NCBI RefSeq assembly: GCF_006345805.1
Contig: NC_043004.1
Span: 79,112,001-79,176,000, forward strand
DNA: 64,000 bases
Direction: 5' to 3'
Source of the DNA: Octopus sinensis
Lineage: Eukaryota
In this document: in pieces, positions 26,360 through 39,996 of the stretch
Layout of the letters: every line of letters begins with the position of its first letter
How positions within the stretch are numbered: position 1 is the stretch's first letter
Notes under the pieces: model-generated
The model's input: the letters and a program-made list of their open reading frames with translations, nothing else
Told to the model about the DNA's origin: nothing
Databases searched by the model: none
Translations under genes and position numbers: made by a program

Positions 26360-26846
26360 AAATGAGATGACACATGGATAAAAGATTATCTTACGAACTT
26401 CATTAGCTTACAGCTGTTTCCGTTAGATACAATGGACTCATAGTTGAGTGCCTGTGTAACATATTGTAGCTTCATTGGAACTAGCAATGCCTTAGCAATA
26501 TACATATACTGTATAATAACTGCATATGATTTATATTATAATAATATTTATTCTCCGATTTAAAGCGACAATTTTTAAATATAAACAAATGACAGAAAAA
26601 TGATGAGCTAACTTCAAGCTGAATCAAACTCACAAATCGACGCTTTCATGGCTCCTTGCGAATCTAATTGGCCCAAACGCTCACCCATCAATTTCAGTCA
26701 AATTTCGTTAATATATACTTCAACTGTCTTGATACTACATAAATAATATTTTTTTATAAACAAACCAACGAATTTTAATCAAACTGTTTTGATCCATACA
26801 CGTGTCAGTGTGTTGAGTGCTCTTCTTTCGTTTGTCCACTCACTCT

Positions 26847-26893
<47 letters not shown>

Positions 26894-27469
26894 TGTGTGT
26901 ATGTGTGTGTTTCGTTTTTGGTATTTTGTATAGAAAAAAATGAATAAATAAATGAGTGGAAATCGAATCGGTGAGCGTGTTAATTAATAGGACATTAAAA
27001 CAGAATGACTCCCTCCAGACGCAATAATATATATATATAATATGTAAGAACAGTATTTAAAATAATTCATTATATGTAGTATTATATTTTGTGTGTGTGT
27101 TGTGTGTAGTACTTAGAATATTTTATTTTAAGTAATGTTTTCTTCGACTCATTTTATTAAAGAAAATGAAGGCCGTTGCAATTTGATCATATTTAAATTA
27201 ACTTTTAACTGATTATTCTAAACACACAACAATTTCAGCAACTCAAAATCTACACAAGAGCATTAAAAATCAGTCATTTTTACTGAATTCTTCAACATTT
27301 TATTACATTATTTATCGTTTCATCTCAGCTTACAGTTTTTAATGGATGGGATCGATTTCAAACCAGTTCGTTCAGTTTATACATCAAGAAATACATTCTA
27401 AATCTTAATTAATAGACTGGGTTAGTTAATTAATAGACTGGCTGGTATAATGTTGTAAGAAAATGTTCT

Positions 27470-29152
27470 TTTCTACTATAGGCACAAAGCCTGAAATTTT
27501 GGGGAAGGGGGATAGTCGATTAGATCGACTCCAGTACGCAACTGGTACTTAATTTATCAACCACGTAAGGATGAAAGGCAAAGTCGACCTCGGCAGAATT
27601 GGAACTCAGAACGTAAAGATAGACGAAATACCTATTTCTTTACTGCCCACAAGGGGCTAAACACAGAGGGAACAAACAAGGACAGACAAATGGATTAAGT
27701 CGATTACATCGACTCCAGTGCGTAACTGGTACTTATTTAACCGACCACGAAAGGATGAAAGGCAAAGTCGACCTCGGCGGAATTTGAACTCAGAACATAA
27801 AGACAGACGAAATACACCACTAAGCATTTTTCCCGGCGTGCTAACGTTTCTGCCAGCTCGCCGCCTTTAAATATGCAAATTATCAATTATTACCAATCTG
27901 AATACGGTGAGCTGGAAGACTGGGTAGAACGTCGGAAAGAATGCTTTTTTTTTTTGCAGTTTTTCTTCAGGCTCTTTATGTTCTGAGTTCAAATCCCGAT
28001 GAGGTGAACTTAGCCTTTCTCCCCTCTGGGTCGATAAGATATAGTGCCAGTTAGGTGCTGCGATTGATGTGATCGACTAACCCCTTTAAAATTATTGACC
28101 TTGTGTCAACATTTGAAAAAACAAATAAAATGGCGAACTGACAGATTCGTTACCATGCCGGACAAAATGCTTCGTGACATTTCTGTTCTGAATTCATATA
28201 TCGCCGAGATCAACTTTTCCTATCATTCGTTCGGGGTCGACAAACTAAGTACCAGCCAATACTGGTGGCAATGTAACCGACTAAAACCTCCCCTTAAAGC
28301 TGCTGATTTTGTGTCAATATTTGAAACAACCAATGCTTAGCGGTATTTCGTCTGTCTTTACATTCTGAGTTCAAATTCCGCCGAGGTCGACTTTGCCTTT
28401 CATCCTTTCGGGATCGATAAATTAAGCATTTGAATTTACAAGCCTACGAAAGAACTTCTTTGTAGTCGCTTGACTTGCTAGAAATAACCAAAAAAAAGAA
28501 AAGGAAATCTCAAATCTCGGCATTTTTTAATCTTAAAATAAGGAAGGACATGATCGATATCACAGCGATACATACTCTTAAAACCTGGTTGAACGCGCCT
28601 TCAGTGTCGCTGATTATAGCTGTGTTCGATCGAGTTGGATAAACTGATTAAACATCAACAACCAGTTGATTAATTTAAGCGTCACCCAACGCGTTCCTTT
28701 TTTAAGAAACAAACTGTTCCATCACCTACAAGTATATATTTCTTTACTATCCATAAGGGGCTAAACATAGAGGGGACAAACAAGGACGGACAAAGAGATT
28801 AAGACGATTACATCGACCCCAGTGCGAAACTGGTACTTAATTTATCGAGCCCGTAAGGATGAAAGTCAAAGTCGACCTCGGCGGAATTGGAAATCAGAAC
28901 GTAACGACAGACGAAATATCTATTTCTTTACTACCCACAAAGGGCTAAACACAGAGGAGACAAACAAAGACAGACAAACGGATTAAGTCGATTACATCGA
29001 CCCCAGTGCATAACTGGTACTTATTTAATCGACCCCGAAAGGATGAAAGGCAAAGTCGACCTCGGCGGAATTTGAACTCAGAACGTAACGACAGACGAAA
29101 TACCGCTAAGCATTTCGCCCGGCGTGCTAACGTTTCTGCCAGCTCGTCGCCT
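27470..29152. mobile_element. Cluster of SINE family A multimers (- dimer 27470-27867; + diverged 27905-28440; - trimer 28735-29152)
   Basis: Repeated core ggatgaaaggcaaagtcgacctcggcggaatttgaactcagaac. Confidence 0.85.
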
Positions 29153-29452
29153 TTTTCTCCTACAAGTACATCGTTTGATCGGGGTTCACCTTCACTAGTG
29201 TTTTGTTTTTTTTTCTTTGTGGATTTTTTGTATTTTTAGATAAAAAAAAAAAAAAAGTTGTTAGCTCCTGCTCTAGCTTTTACTACTTTTTGGAGGCAAG
29301 GATACAATCAGTAGTCTTTCACCATCTTCTTACGGTACGGCCTTGTCAAGCTTGGGTGACAGAGAGTGTGACACACAGACGGACAGACAGGCAGATAGAT
29401 AGATAGATAGACAGATAGATAGATACATACATACATACATACATACATACCA

Positions 29453-29483
<31 letters not shown>

Positions 29484-29527
29484 GGTGGGTTTTGGGTTTG
29501 TATAGACAGATAGTTAGATAGATAGCT

Positions 29528-29566
<39 letters not shown>

Positions 29567-29796
29567 AGAGAACTACTGATTGCTTTATTTTATTTATCGA
29601 TTTCAAAAGGATGACCGTCAAAATCGATCTTAGCAGGATGTGAACTCAGAAGGCGAAGAGCTGAAATAATTAGTGTATTTCTTGCATTCGACAAACAAAC
29701 AAATTTTTCCATGGTCACTTTTAATGATAGAGCGTGTCCCTTTTCAGTTCTGTGTAAAAAGAAGCACGTTTTTAAGGGACGTAACATAAACTTCAT

Positions 29797-29980
29797 ATTT
29801 ACATTATTTACATTTGACGGATATTTGCCCTCATCTTGTTTGTTGTTAACACAACGTTTCGGCTGATATACCCTCCAGCCTTCATCAGGAGTTCTCATTC
29901 CCACGGGCTAATGGCTTAGAGGTTAAGAGCGCGGACTACTAACCTCCAAGATTCCGAGTTCGATTTCAAGCAGTGACCTG

Positions 29981-30023
<43 letters not shown>

Positions 30024-30584
30024 GCCAGGCTTGACTATTGGACACTTTGCAACAAGTATGAACTTGACCGAGCAAAAAATTGGTACGACCACAAACCCGA
30101 AGGCATCGTCGGAAATAAACATGCAAAGATCCTATGGGATTTTATGATTCAGTGCGATGATTCAGTGCGACCATGAGATAGAGAATATGAAACCAGACAT
30201 AGTCTTAATTGAGAAAGAAAACAAACTATCCTGGATCATAGATATAGCATGTGCAGCTGACAACAAGTAATGGGATAAGGAAGAGAGAGAAGTTGAGAGA
30301 TATGAAAGCTTGGGAAGTTAAGCAGTTGTGGTCGATGAAAAAGGTAGCAGTGATACCAATAATTGTCGGAGCCTGGGAACAGTGAGCAAAAACCTCGAGA
30401 AGTACGTGGGATAAATAGGGGATGCAATAAGGGTGGAGCACTTGCACTGCTTGGAACCACTCGAATACTCCGGAAGGTGCCTGAAAAATAAGAGGTGTTA
30501 CCTTAGCTCACTGGTGGTGAACAACTGACACCGCAGTACATCTCCAGCGTTAGAAGCTGTGCAAAGGCAATAATAATAATAATA

Positions 30585-30640
<56 letters not shown>

Positions 30641-30642
30641 CA

Positions 30643-30673
<31 letters not shown>

Positions 30674-30832
30674 AATGACATCGAAAAATACCTTTGGAAT
30701 GGGAACCCAGGTTCCCCAAGACACCTGATGAAGGCTGGAGGGTATATCAGTCGAAATGTGTTAGCAACAAACAAGATGAGGACAAATATCCGTCAAATGT
30801 AAATAATTCCTCATCTCTTGAAAATAGAACTG
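29797..30832. mobile_element. tRNA-head/(AAT)n/hammerhead-tail composite, locus A, with a nested Dong fragment
   Basis: Inverted tail 29797-29900; tRNA head ~29905-29985; (AAT)n; Dong 30021-30568; forward tail 30677-30832. Confidence 0.75.
30021..30568 (+). mobile_element. R4/Dong-like RLE retrotransposon, degenerate 3' fragment
   Basis: WYDHKPEGIV..KILWDF..KPDIVLIEKENK..IIDIAC (RLE PD-(D/E)xK region) with stops and frameshifts; flanked by (AAT)n. Confidence 0.8.
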
Positions 30833-30944
30833 TATTCTAATCCTCATAGTTTACTGTGGTCCATGCGACCTTTACGCATCATCGAGATGGTAATAACAGC
30901 CACCACTGGTAGACAGGTGTGTGTGTGTTTGTGTGTGTGTGTGT

Positions 30945-31315
30945 GTCTGTGTGGTTAAGGAGCTCCCTTTGTAATCACGTGGTTTCTGATTCAACTCCAC
31001 TGCGAAGCACCTTGGGCGTGTTCTACTATAATCCCGAGCTGGCCATGACTTTGTGAATAGATTCGGTAGACGGAAACTGTGTGGAAGCGCGTTGAAGATA
31101 TATATATATATATATAATGGGGATATTTAGACCTCTTATATACTTTATTAATCAATTAACATATTCACCTACAAAGGTAGTTTAAAATGCAAAATCATAT
31201 ATTTGTGTTTTGCAGTTTTAATTTTGTTAATGAAATTAAACAATTGTAGGTGGATATGTTGATTACTTAATATATTAATTTGTATCCATTAGATCTCTCT
31301 GTTTTCAAACTTAAT

Positions 31316-31347
<32 letters not shown>

Positions 31348-31912
31348 CAGTGTTTTCCCCCACCACAATCGCTTGACAACCGATGTTGGTGTGTTTACGA
31401 TAGATTAAGCACCAGGTTTACTAAGAATAAGTCCAGGGGACGATTTCTTCGACTAAAAGGCGGTGCTCCAGCATGGCCACAGTCAACTGACTGAAACAAG
31501 TAAAAGTGTAAAAGAATGGCTGCGTGGTAAGTAGCTTGCTAACGTGCCACATGGTTCCGGGTTCAGTCCCACTGCGTGGCATCTTGGGCAAGTGTCTTCT
31601 GCTATAGCCCCGGGCCGACCAATGCCTTGTGAGTGGATTTGGTAGACGGAAACTGAAAGAAGCCTGTCGTATATATGTTTATATATATGTGTGTGTATGT
31701 GTTTGTGTGTCTGTGTTTGTTCCCCTAGCATTGCTTGACAACCGATGCTGGTGTGTTTACGTCCCCGTCACTAAGCGGTTCGGCAAAAGAGACCGATAGA
31801 ATAAGTACTGGGCTTACAAAGAATAAGTCCCGGGGTCGATTTGCTCGACTAAAGGCAGTGCTCCAGCATGGCCGCAGTCAAATGACTGAAACAAGTAAAA
31901 GAGTAAAAGAGT
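30945..31912 (+). mobile_element. Two tandem SINE family B copies (30945-31512 interrupted; 31517-31912 near-consensus)
   Basis: Head/tail matches; the second copy ends gtaaaagagtaaaagag. Confidence 0.85.
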
Positions 31913-31924
31913 ATTAGTCAGGAT

Positions 31925-32155
31925 GTTTGTTTTTTTCTAAATTGGCTTCAAATTTTGACATAAAGCCAAGAATTTCGGGAGAAGAAATTAGTCAATTACA
32001 TTGATCCCAGTGTTGATCTGGTACTTCATTTATCGACCCCGAAAAGATGAAAGGCAAAGTCGACCTAGGTAGAATTTGCATTCAGAACGTAAAAGTCGTA
32101 CGAAATACTGCTGAGCATTTCGTCCGGCGTGCTAACGGTTCTGCCAGCTCACTGT
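31925..32155 (-). mobile_element. SINE family A
   Basis: Reverse complement of head and core. Confidence 0.75.
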
Positions 32156-32635
32156 CTTGGTCTTCCTTGTATTGATAGGAACTCTCGTTCTTTACCTTCG
32201 TGTGTTAAATTCCATTTAAAATTTTTAAAAAAAAAGCAATCTAACGAAGTGGGCGGGAATAAACAGACGGTATTGCTAGGAATGTTATCAGGCGATTCCA
32301 AACACCCAGTATTCGCTGATACCAAAGTCTGAATGAATAAAAACATTTACTGTGACTATAAACGGTGAAATATGACAGAGCACCTGTTTTGATGTTAATT
32401 TTAGCAGATAATTAAAGAACGAATCTGAAAAATTGTTTTAACATATGGTGCTATATTTTCCCCTCAAGTTATGTGTTTTGTCGAGATTTGTTTATTTGTT
32501 TATATTTATTTATTTATTCTGTTTTGTTTTGTTTTGTTTTTTTCCTCGCGTCCTTGTTTCACCAAAAATTCTTTCCTGGTTTATATCTATCTTCAGTTCT
32601 TCATAATACTGTACGAGTCAATCTGTTACACACCT

Positions 32636-32701
<66 letters not shown>

Positions 32702-32851
32702 AAACTATCTATCTGTCTATCTATCTATATATCTATCTATCTTTTCTTCCTCTTTTTTGCTCCTGTTATCGCGATTTTCATATTTTTGTTTCTAGATTAA
32801 AAATTGCTGTGTAATAATACTAACACACATACACATAAAAATACACCCAAA

Positions 32852-32889
<38 letters not shown>

Positions 32890-33220
32890 ACACACACACA
32901 CACGAACACACACGCATAACCTCGCACACATACACACACGCATTATTTTCTTTTCGCCTTTGGGGTTTTTTATTTCCTTTTTTCCCCCCAACTCATTTCT
33001 TCATACAATCTCATCTACACGTTTATATCTATTTTTTTTGTCATCCCAATCTTCCATCCACCACCATCACCACCACCTCACCATAACTTAATTCTATTCA
33101 CCTCCTTCTCTCTTAATTTAACATTTATAATTTATTGAAGCTCCACAGTTGTTTACATACACACATATATATAAATATATGTGTGCTTGTATGTGTCGCG
33201 CACATAATTATATGTATAAC

Positions 33221-33327
<107 letters not shown>

Positions 33328-34594
33328 TACATAGTGTTATTATCAATCCTAGTGCTCTCAACAAACCATTGTCTTGGGGTTCTCCAAACAGCAACGTTAG
33401 CATTTCCCTTTGTAAGGTCATCCACTTATTATTTTAAACTTGCCGACGAAGCATTTTCATAATTCGCACACAGTCTGCAGTGTTTAAACTCCATTTATTT
33501 GTTGTTTATTTTCAATTCTTGAATTAATTTTCTCAGCTAGGAATAATTAATTCAATTTCGTTTTTGCTTTTTTTTTTTTTTTGCTGTCCTCACTAAAACA
33601 GAATTGAGGGTTTTTTCTTTTGGTTTACTTTGTTCTACATAAAAAGAAACAAACTTGCATTTTTTTTTATCCGTTTAAGCTATCTCGTCAATGACGTATA
33701 CTCAGTCGCCACTTGCTCAGACGAAATTCGTTCTCTCTTACAAGTAGAAAACTGGGAATTTACTGATATTACAAAAAGCTTTCCGGGTTGAATAATACTC
33801 GGTTTAAGCGTTTGAAACTATTAAATGAAAATAGTCATCTGTGTGCCATACTTAACGTTTATACACATATTGATACGCTTTGTTAGCTAGTTTATCAAGC
33901 ATGAATCTTTTACATTAATATTAATAGCAGGAAATTGTTATAGTCCTTTCAGTTCTAAATATTTGTGAAATTACGAGGAATAAAGCTTCCCTGATGTGAA
34001 AGCTAACAGGAGCAATATTTTCTCAGAATTATACAAATTTATTTTCGATACGCAGTTATATTTGCTTAATATAGATATCGTTCCTTGGTCTAAAATCCCA
34101 CCCATGTCGATTTCAAATGATATCGTCGATATATTCGGCTATACTCATAAAGGCGGTACTTCAACATAACCACAACCGATTACGAAAAGTTAGTAAGAAA
34201 AAAATAAAAAGTTCCTTTATTTTATAAAACTGTCTGCACAGAGAAATTCCTTTCACCATTGTAAGACATGTTTACAACTTTAATAAAATATATATTTGTT
34301 TAAATTTTAAAATCAGTCATTGTATACTGTTTCATACTTATGTCTTCGTTTCCTAGCAGCAGATGACAGATAATAGTTTCCTTATTTCTTTGTTTCTTTC
34401 TTTAGATAAATAAATTAAATAGATGAGAGAGAATATCGGTAGATAACAGTTAACATTCCAGTCAGCGGAGTCTTAACTGTTCGTTATCTTCCGACAAAAA
34501 CAGCAAGACAGACTAAACATGAACAATTCTGTCAAATACTTCATATCAAACATCACATCTCGTAACGTATTTATTTATTTTAGTGAACAATAAG

Positions 34595-34730
34595 AAAGCG
34601 TGTGTCCTTGTGGTTAGGGTGTTACGCTGACAATCGTCAGATCTTTTCTTTGATTCCCGGACAGGGAGGTGCAAAGGACTTCATTTCACGTTGCTCCAGT
34701 CAACTCAGCTTTAAAATGTGCTCCAGCAAT
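34595..34730 (+). mobile_element. SINE family C head, diverged
   Basis: gtggttagggtgtt...gattcccggac...cacgttgctccagtcaactcagc matches 19015. Confidence 0.6.
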
Positions 34731-34883
34731 GGCTGAGAAGTTAACCCTACAAAGCACTGGCGTCCAATTCAGAAGTGTTTAATTTAGTTGGAAGCTCAGG
34801 TCTATACTTAAGAGATGAGGAATTATGTATATTATTTACATTATTTACATTTGACGGATATTTGTCCTCATCTTGTTTTTGTT

Positions 34884-34929
34884 AACACAACGTTTCGGCT
34901 GATATACCCTCCAGCCTTCATCAGGTGTC
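34884..34929 (-). ncRNA. Minimal type I hammerhead ribozyme (family H1), intact core
   Basis: gacac-CTGATGA-a-ggctg-gagggtatat-cagcc-GAAAC-GTT-gtgtt: helix I GACAC/GUGUU, helix II GGCUG/CAGCC, loopless helix III AACGUU, GUU triplet. Confidence 0.7.
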
Positions 34930-34978
34930 TTGGCGAAATTTCAAACCTGGGTTCTCGTTCCTAAGGTATTTTTGCATG

Positions 34979-35034
<56 letters not shown>

Positions 35035-35039
35035 GCCAA

Positions 35040-35110
35040 GGGCATATGGCGTAGTGGTTAAGAGCGCGGGCTACTAACCCCAAGATTCCGAGTTCGATTC
35101 TAGTCAGTGA

Positions 35111-35118
<8 letters not shown>
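35040..35118 (+). other. tRNA-derived Pol III head (Thr/Asn-like), not a functional tRNA
   Basis: A-box TGGCGTAGTGG, anticodon-like arm ggg-ctactaa-ccc, B-box GAGTTCGATTC; no acceptor stem. Confidence 0.75.
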
Positions 35119-35157
<39 letters not shown>

Positions 35158-36166
35158 GCGAGCAAAACCCAAAACTGTTCTCAGTATTTAAGGAAGCTGA
35201 CAAATACAAACAAGAAATCATACGACCTAACAAATATGAAGAAGAAGAAGAAGAAGGAGAAGAAGAAGAAGAAGAAGAAGAAGAAGAAGAAGAAGAAGAA
35301 GAAGAAGAAGAAGAAAAGCCCCTTTATGGCAAATATTGGACTAAACTAAATGCAAAAGAAATAGACAGAAAAATCCCAGCAATGGTTGAGAAGCTCAGGA
35401 CTCAAAGCAGAGACGGAGGGATTTTTAACTGCAGCACAAGACCAAAGCCTCCCCACCAGAAATTACCAAAAACATATAATGAAAAGAAACATAACAAGTA
35501 ACTGCAGAATATGTGGAGATGGACAAGAAACAATAAATCATATTATCTCTGGTTGCCCAGTCCTGGCTAAGAAGGAATATATTCACAGACACGATAGAGT
35601 TGGGACCTACATACACTGGAAGCTATGCCAACATTATGGAATAACAACAAAAAAAAGATGGTGTAGGCACACACCAGAAAAGGTCACAGAAAACGAGAAA
35701 GCAACCATACTCTGGGATATGCCAATACACACAGATAGAGAAATTAAGGCCAACAGACCAGATATAGTTGTCAGAGATCATGAAGAAAAAAAATGCTTTC
35801 TAATTGATGTATCAATACTTGCAGATGACAACGTTTCTCTAAAAGAAATGGTGAAACTCTCAAAATACAAAGACCTAGAAATAGAGGTAACCAGAATGTG
35901 GAATCTAAAAACAGAAACAATTCCTATCATAGTAGGTGCATTAGGCATGATAAAAAAATATTCAGACAAATACATAACAAAAATACCAGGACTTACAAAT
36001 ATATATAACATACAGAAATTTGCACTACTAGGCACTGCACATATCCTACGCAAAGCACTTTCAATACAGTAACCATCAGAGCATCACAACAAATCACAGC
36101 ACATACCCAAGGCACACAGAGCTGCGCTCGGTAGTGAAGTGAAAGCACGCTATAAAAATAAAACTA

Positions 36167-36170
<4 letters not shown>
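35158..36170 (+). mobile_element. R4/Dong-like non-LTR retrotransposon, 5'-truncated (ORF 35386-36072)
   Basis: KPLYGKY motif, CCHC knuckle CRICG..ETINHIISGC, RLE NRPDIVVRD..LIDVS..KYKDL, C-terminal QKFALLGTAHILR; (AAT)n tail. Confidence 0.9.
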
Positions 36171-36232
<62 letters not shown>

Positions 36233-36860
36233 TAGCTCCACTGGCTAATAAGTCGGCATTACAATATCAAAACTGCCGACAAGTGGTATAATCACCACCC
36301 TGAGGCTGTAACTGAAGGAGAAAATGTAACCATTCTGTGGGACTTTCCAGTACATACAAACCGAACCATCAAGGCTAATAAACCAGATATTGTTGTGAAA
36401 GACCAAAACAATAAAGTTTGCTTATTGATCGACATGAGCATCCCCTGTGATCATAATATCTCAGCGAAAGAGTTTGACAAGCTCAGAAAATATAAAGACC
36501 TACTCATTGAAATTGAGAAAATGTGGCATCTCAAGGCGGTTACAATACCAGTGATCGTAGGAGCACTAGGAATGATCAAGAAGGGAACCGAAAATTATAT
36601 GAGAATGATCCCTGGCTTACCATCCCTGCAAGAAGTGCAAAAGATTGTCTTAACTGGTACATCACACGTATTGAGAAGAGCATTGTCGATGTGAGAACTG
36701 TTGCTGCTCATGTATTTTAATTTAACTTTAAAAAAAAAATGATGAACGAACTATTGTTTAGTTTAATGGCCTACCAATGTACACTATGAGTTTCTTTGCC
36801 CTAGGAGTCGGGAAGACACTCGGCAAGAAATGGAAGCAAATTTGAAAGAAGAAAGAAAAA
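36233..36860 (+). mobile_element. Second, distinct R4/Dong-like 3' fragment (ORF piece 36395-36694)
   Basis: WYNHHPEAV..ILWDFPVHT..ANKPDIVVKD..LIDMSIP..KYKDL..QKIVLTGTSHVLRR; different 3' UTR from the first. Confidence 0.88.
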
Positions 36861-36884
36861 AATAGTAATAATAATAATTATAAC

Positions 36885-36922
<38 letters not shown>

Positions 36923-38020
36923 TAATAATAGTAATAATGAAGGCTGGAGGGTATATCAGCCGAGACGTGTTAACAACAAACAAGATGAGGACAAATATCT
37001 GTCAAATGCAAATAATGTAAATAATGTACATTAGTTGGGAGTGCTGTAATCTCGGTTTTTCCCCAATCACTGGTTGACAAACGGTGTTGGTTTGATTATG
37101 TCTCAGTAAGTTAAATAGTTCGGCAAAAGACAACAATAGAATAAGAATCGGACATCAAATAAGTATTGGGTTAATTTGTACGACTAAAACCAATTGCGGC
37201 GGTACTCCAGCATGGTCGCAGTCCAGTAACTGAAACAAGCGCAAGGAAAAAAAAGAATATTTTCTGACTAATTTAAACCATTTAAAATTGTACAACATCA
37301 GTGAAGAATTTTCTGAAGAATTTACAGTTTTGGCTCGCTTAGGTTCTAGTTTAAACTATTCCGGAACTCGTAAGAAAACCAATAAGATTCTCAAGCAGAT
37401 TCGTTGAAGTCTGATCAATTATGTACTTGGTAACACCATTCAAAATTTAAACCTTAACAGTCCGGTAAAACATTTCGTGGTCTATAATATAATGTTTTAT
37501 ACTAAAGTATTAAACATCTGTCTTGGAAAATCTCGCTCAAATATTCTGCTTATGTTCCACGAATATAAATTATATTTTTCGATTAATTACATAATTTTAA
37601 TGCAAATATTAACATTTTTGTAACAGAACTGAACTAAAAATTATAAAACTTTATATAAACAGCGGAAGTGATATTTAATTCAAATTTCTAATCAAATATT
37701 ACGTTTCTTTTCTTTTTTTTTCTTTTTTTTTTTACATTACTAGTGTGAACAAATTTGACGGTGAGAGATATTCTGCTATAGTTCGCGGTTTTCCTTTTTG
37801 ATTGACGTTTAATAAACACCAGACAAAAGCATCGTATTAAAAAAGTGTGTGAGTTTTCAGCAAAATTATAACAGAATTAGAAAATTATTTATTTATTTAT
37901 TTATTTATATATTTATATATTTATATTATCAAATTTAAGACGAAGTCATATATTAAAAATGACAACTAGTTTACAGGGCATACAAAGATGTTATTTATAT
38001 GTATATATATATTTATATAT

Positions 38021-38061
<41 letters not shown>

Positions 38062-38095
38062 GATATGTATATTATGTATATGTATATATCTATAT

Positions 38096-38167
<72 letters not shown>

Positions 38168-38296
38168 ATGTATATGTACATATATATATATATTTATATA
38201 TATAGATATATGTATGTATGTATATTTGTATATCATATATATATATAATATATGTATGTATGTATGCATATATATATATATGTATATATATGTATA

Positions 38297-38348
<52 letters not shown>

Positions 38349-38998
38349 TGTATGCATGTATGTATGTATGTATATATAGGGATGGGTGGATGATGATGGA
38401 TGGATGGATGGATGGATGGATGGATATCCGAATAATCAACTAAAGTTTTTCATAAAATGCTATCGTGTGATTTTATACCGCCAGAGGATAGCAGAATGGT
38501 AATTACTTGAAATGCAAAATTCTCCCGCTTTCCTCAATTATATCATAATATTATCTCTATATAATAATAGCCGATGTATCTATAGGTTGGTCGGTAGATT
38601 GGCTGTTATCTCTTATTACGCTTTACATCGTATAGGGAAACGGGAAGAGAGCGTAAAAGAGAGATACGGAAAAAGTTAACATGAGAGGTGCAGAATGAGG
38701 GGAGAGAAAACACTATAGTGACAGAAGAGGAGGGGGAGAAAGAGAAGAAGTAAAGGACAGAGTAGTTACGGGGGAGGGGTTATTTAAATGAGAAATTATA
38801 TTTATTTAATATTATTTTAAGGTAATAAATACTTTTCGTTTGAAAATTACTATTTAATTTCATTATTTTTTATAAGCACCGAGAAATGCGATAAAACATA
38901 AACTCCAGTTATTGTGTGTATGCCATATTTCCTGATATTACCCATGGTGGCCAAAAGTATACTTCCAAACTCACCCTCCATATGACGGAAAACACTCT

Positions 38999-39079
<81 letters not shown>

Positions 39080-39113
39080 TACTACGATTAATAAAACACC
39101 AGTCAAATAAAAC

Positions 39114-39341
39114 AGGCGGCGAGCTGGCAGAAACGTTAGCACGCCGGGTGAAATGCTTAGCAGTATTTCGTCTGCTGCTACGTTCTGAGTTCAAATTCCG
39201 CCGAGGTCGACTTTGCCTTTCATCCTTTCGGGGTCGATAAATTAAGTACCAGTTACACACTGGAGTCAATGTAATCGACTTAATCCGTTTGTCTGACCTT
39301 GTTTGTTTTCTCTGTGTTTAGCACCCTGTGGGTAGTAAAGA
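39114..39341 (+). mobile_element. SINE family A, monomer
   Basis: Near-consensus copy. Confidence 0.85.
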
Positions 39342-39734
39342 ATATATATATATGTGTGTGTGTGTGTGTGTATGTATGTGTGTGTGGTGTGTGTGTGTGT
39401 GTGTTGTGTGTGTATAGTTACACAGATTCGGGTGAAAGACCTTGTAGTATGGTATGCAAAGCTCATCCACAGCTATTGGCTACCTGTTACAGTGAAAATG
39501 CCTTTGCTACTGGACAGACATTAGGAATTCCATTGTATCCGTAGAGACTATACAAGTAGGTAAATCATTGAAAATGTATTGAATGAAATTCTTTATTTAA
39601 ATTGTTTCGACACATTTTATAGTAATACCATTTCACTAATGTATGACGCGAGTAAAAGTGTGCCGAAACAATTGTTGTGATTTCAAACAAAGAATATCTT
39701 TCAATCCAGTTTCTATCAGTTATATATGTATTCT

Positions 39735-39935
39735 TTTAGTCTTTTATTTGTTTCAGTTTTGATTGAGGGCCATGCTGGAGCAACGTCTCTGGTCGAATAA
39801 ATCGACCGTAGGACTTATTCTTTGTAAGCCTAGTACTTATTCTATCGGTTTCTTTTGCCGAACCTCTAAGTTACGGGGACGTAAGCACACCGACATCGGT
39901 TGTCAAGCGGTGACGAGGGAGAGAAATACAGACAG
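39735..39935 (-). mobile_element. SINE family B tail
   Basis: ggccatgctggagca...ggttgtcaagcg. Confidence 0.75.

Positions 39936-39996
<61 letters not shown>

Larger units (their letters stand above)
34800..37030. mobile_element. tRNA-head/(AAT)n/hammerhead-tail composite, locus B, with two nested Dong fragments
   Basis: Inverted tail 34800-34978; (TTA)n; tRNA head 35040-35118; (AAT)n; Dong 35158-36170 and 36233-36860; forward tail 36936-37030; possible TSD ttagttgg(a/g)ag on both flanks. Confidence 0.8.

Noticed and set aside
26634-26690. Minus-strand exon MGERLGQLDSQGAMKASI with a GTGAGT donor
   Set aside because: Splicing it to the 25310 exon creates an in-frame TAA, and there is no good acceptor; at most a UTR exon.
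33680-33780. Plus-strand exon candidate YLVNDVYSVATCSDEIRSLLQVENWEF
   Set aside because: Poly-T acceptor present but AAG -3 context, no convincing donor and no recognisable homology.
35040-35118. Functional tRNA gene
   Set aside because: It has A/B boxes and an anticodon-like arm but no acceptor stem, and is always followed by the same non-tRNA sequence; a SINE-type head.
35386-36072. Host gene (228 aa ORF)
   Set aside because: CCHC + RLE domain of a 5'-truncated R4/Dong retrotransposon, without the RT.
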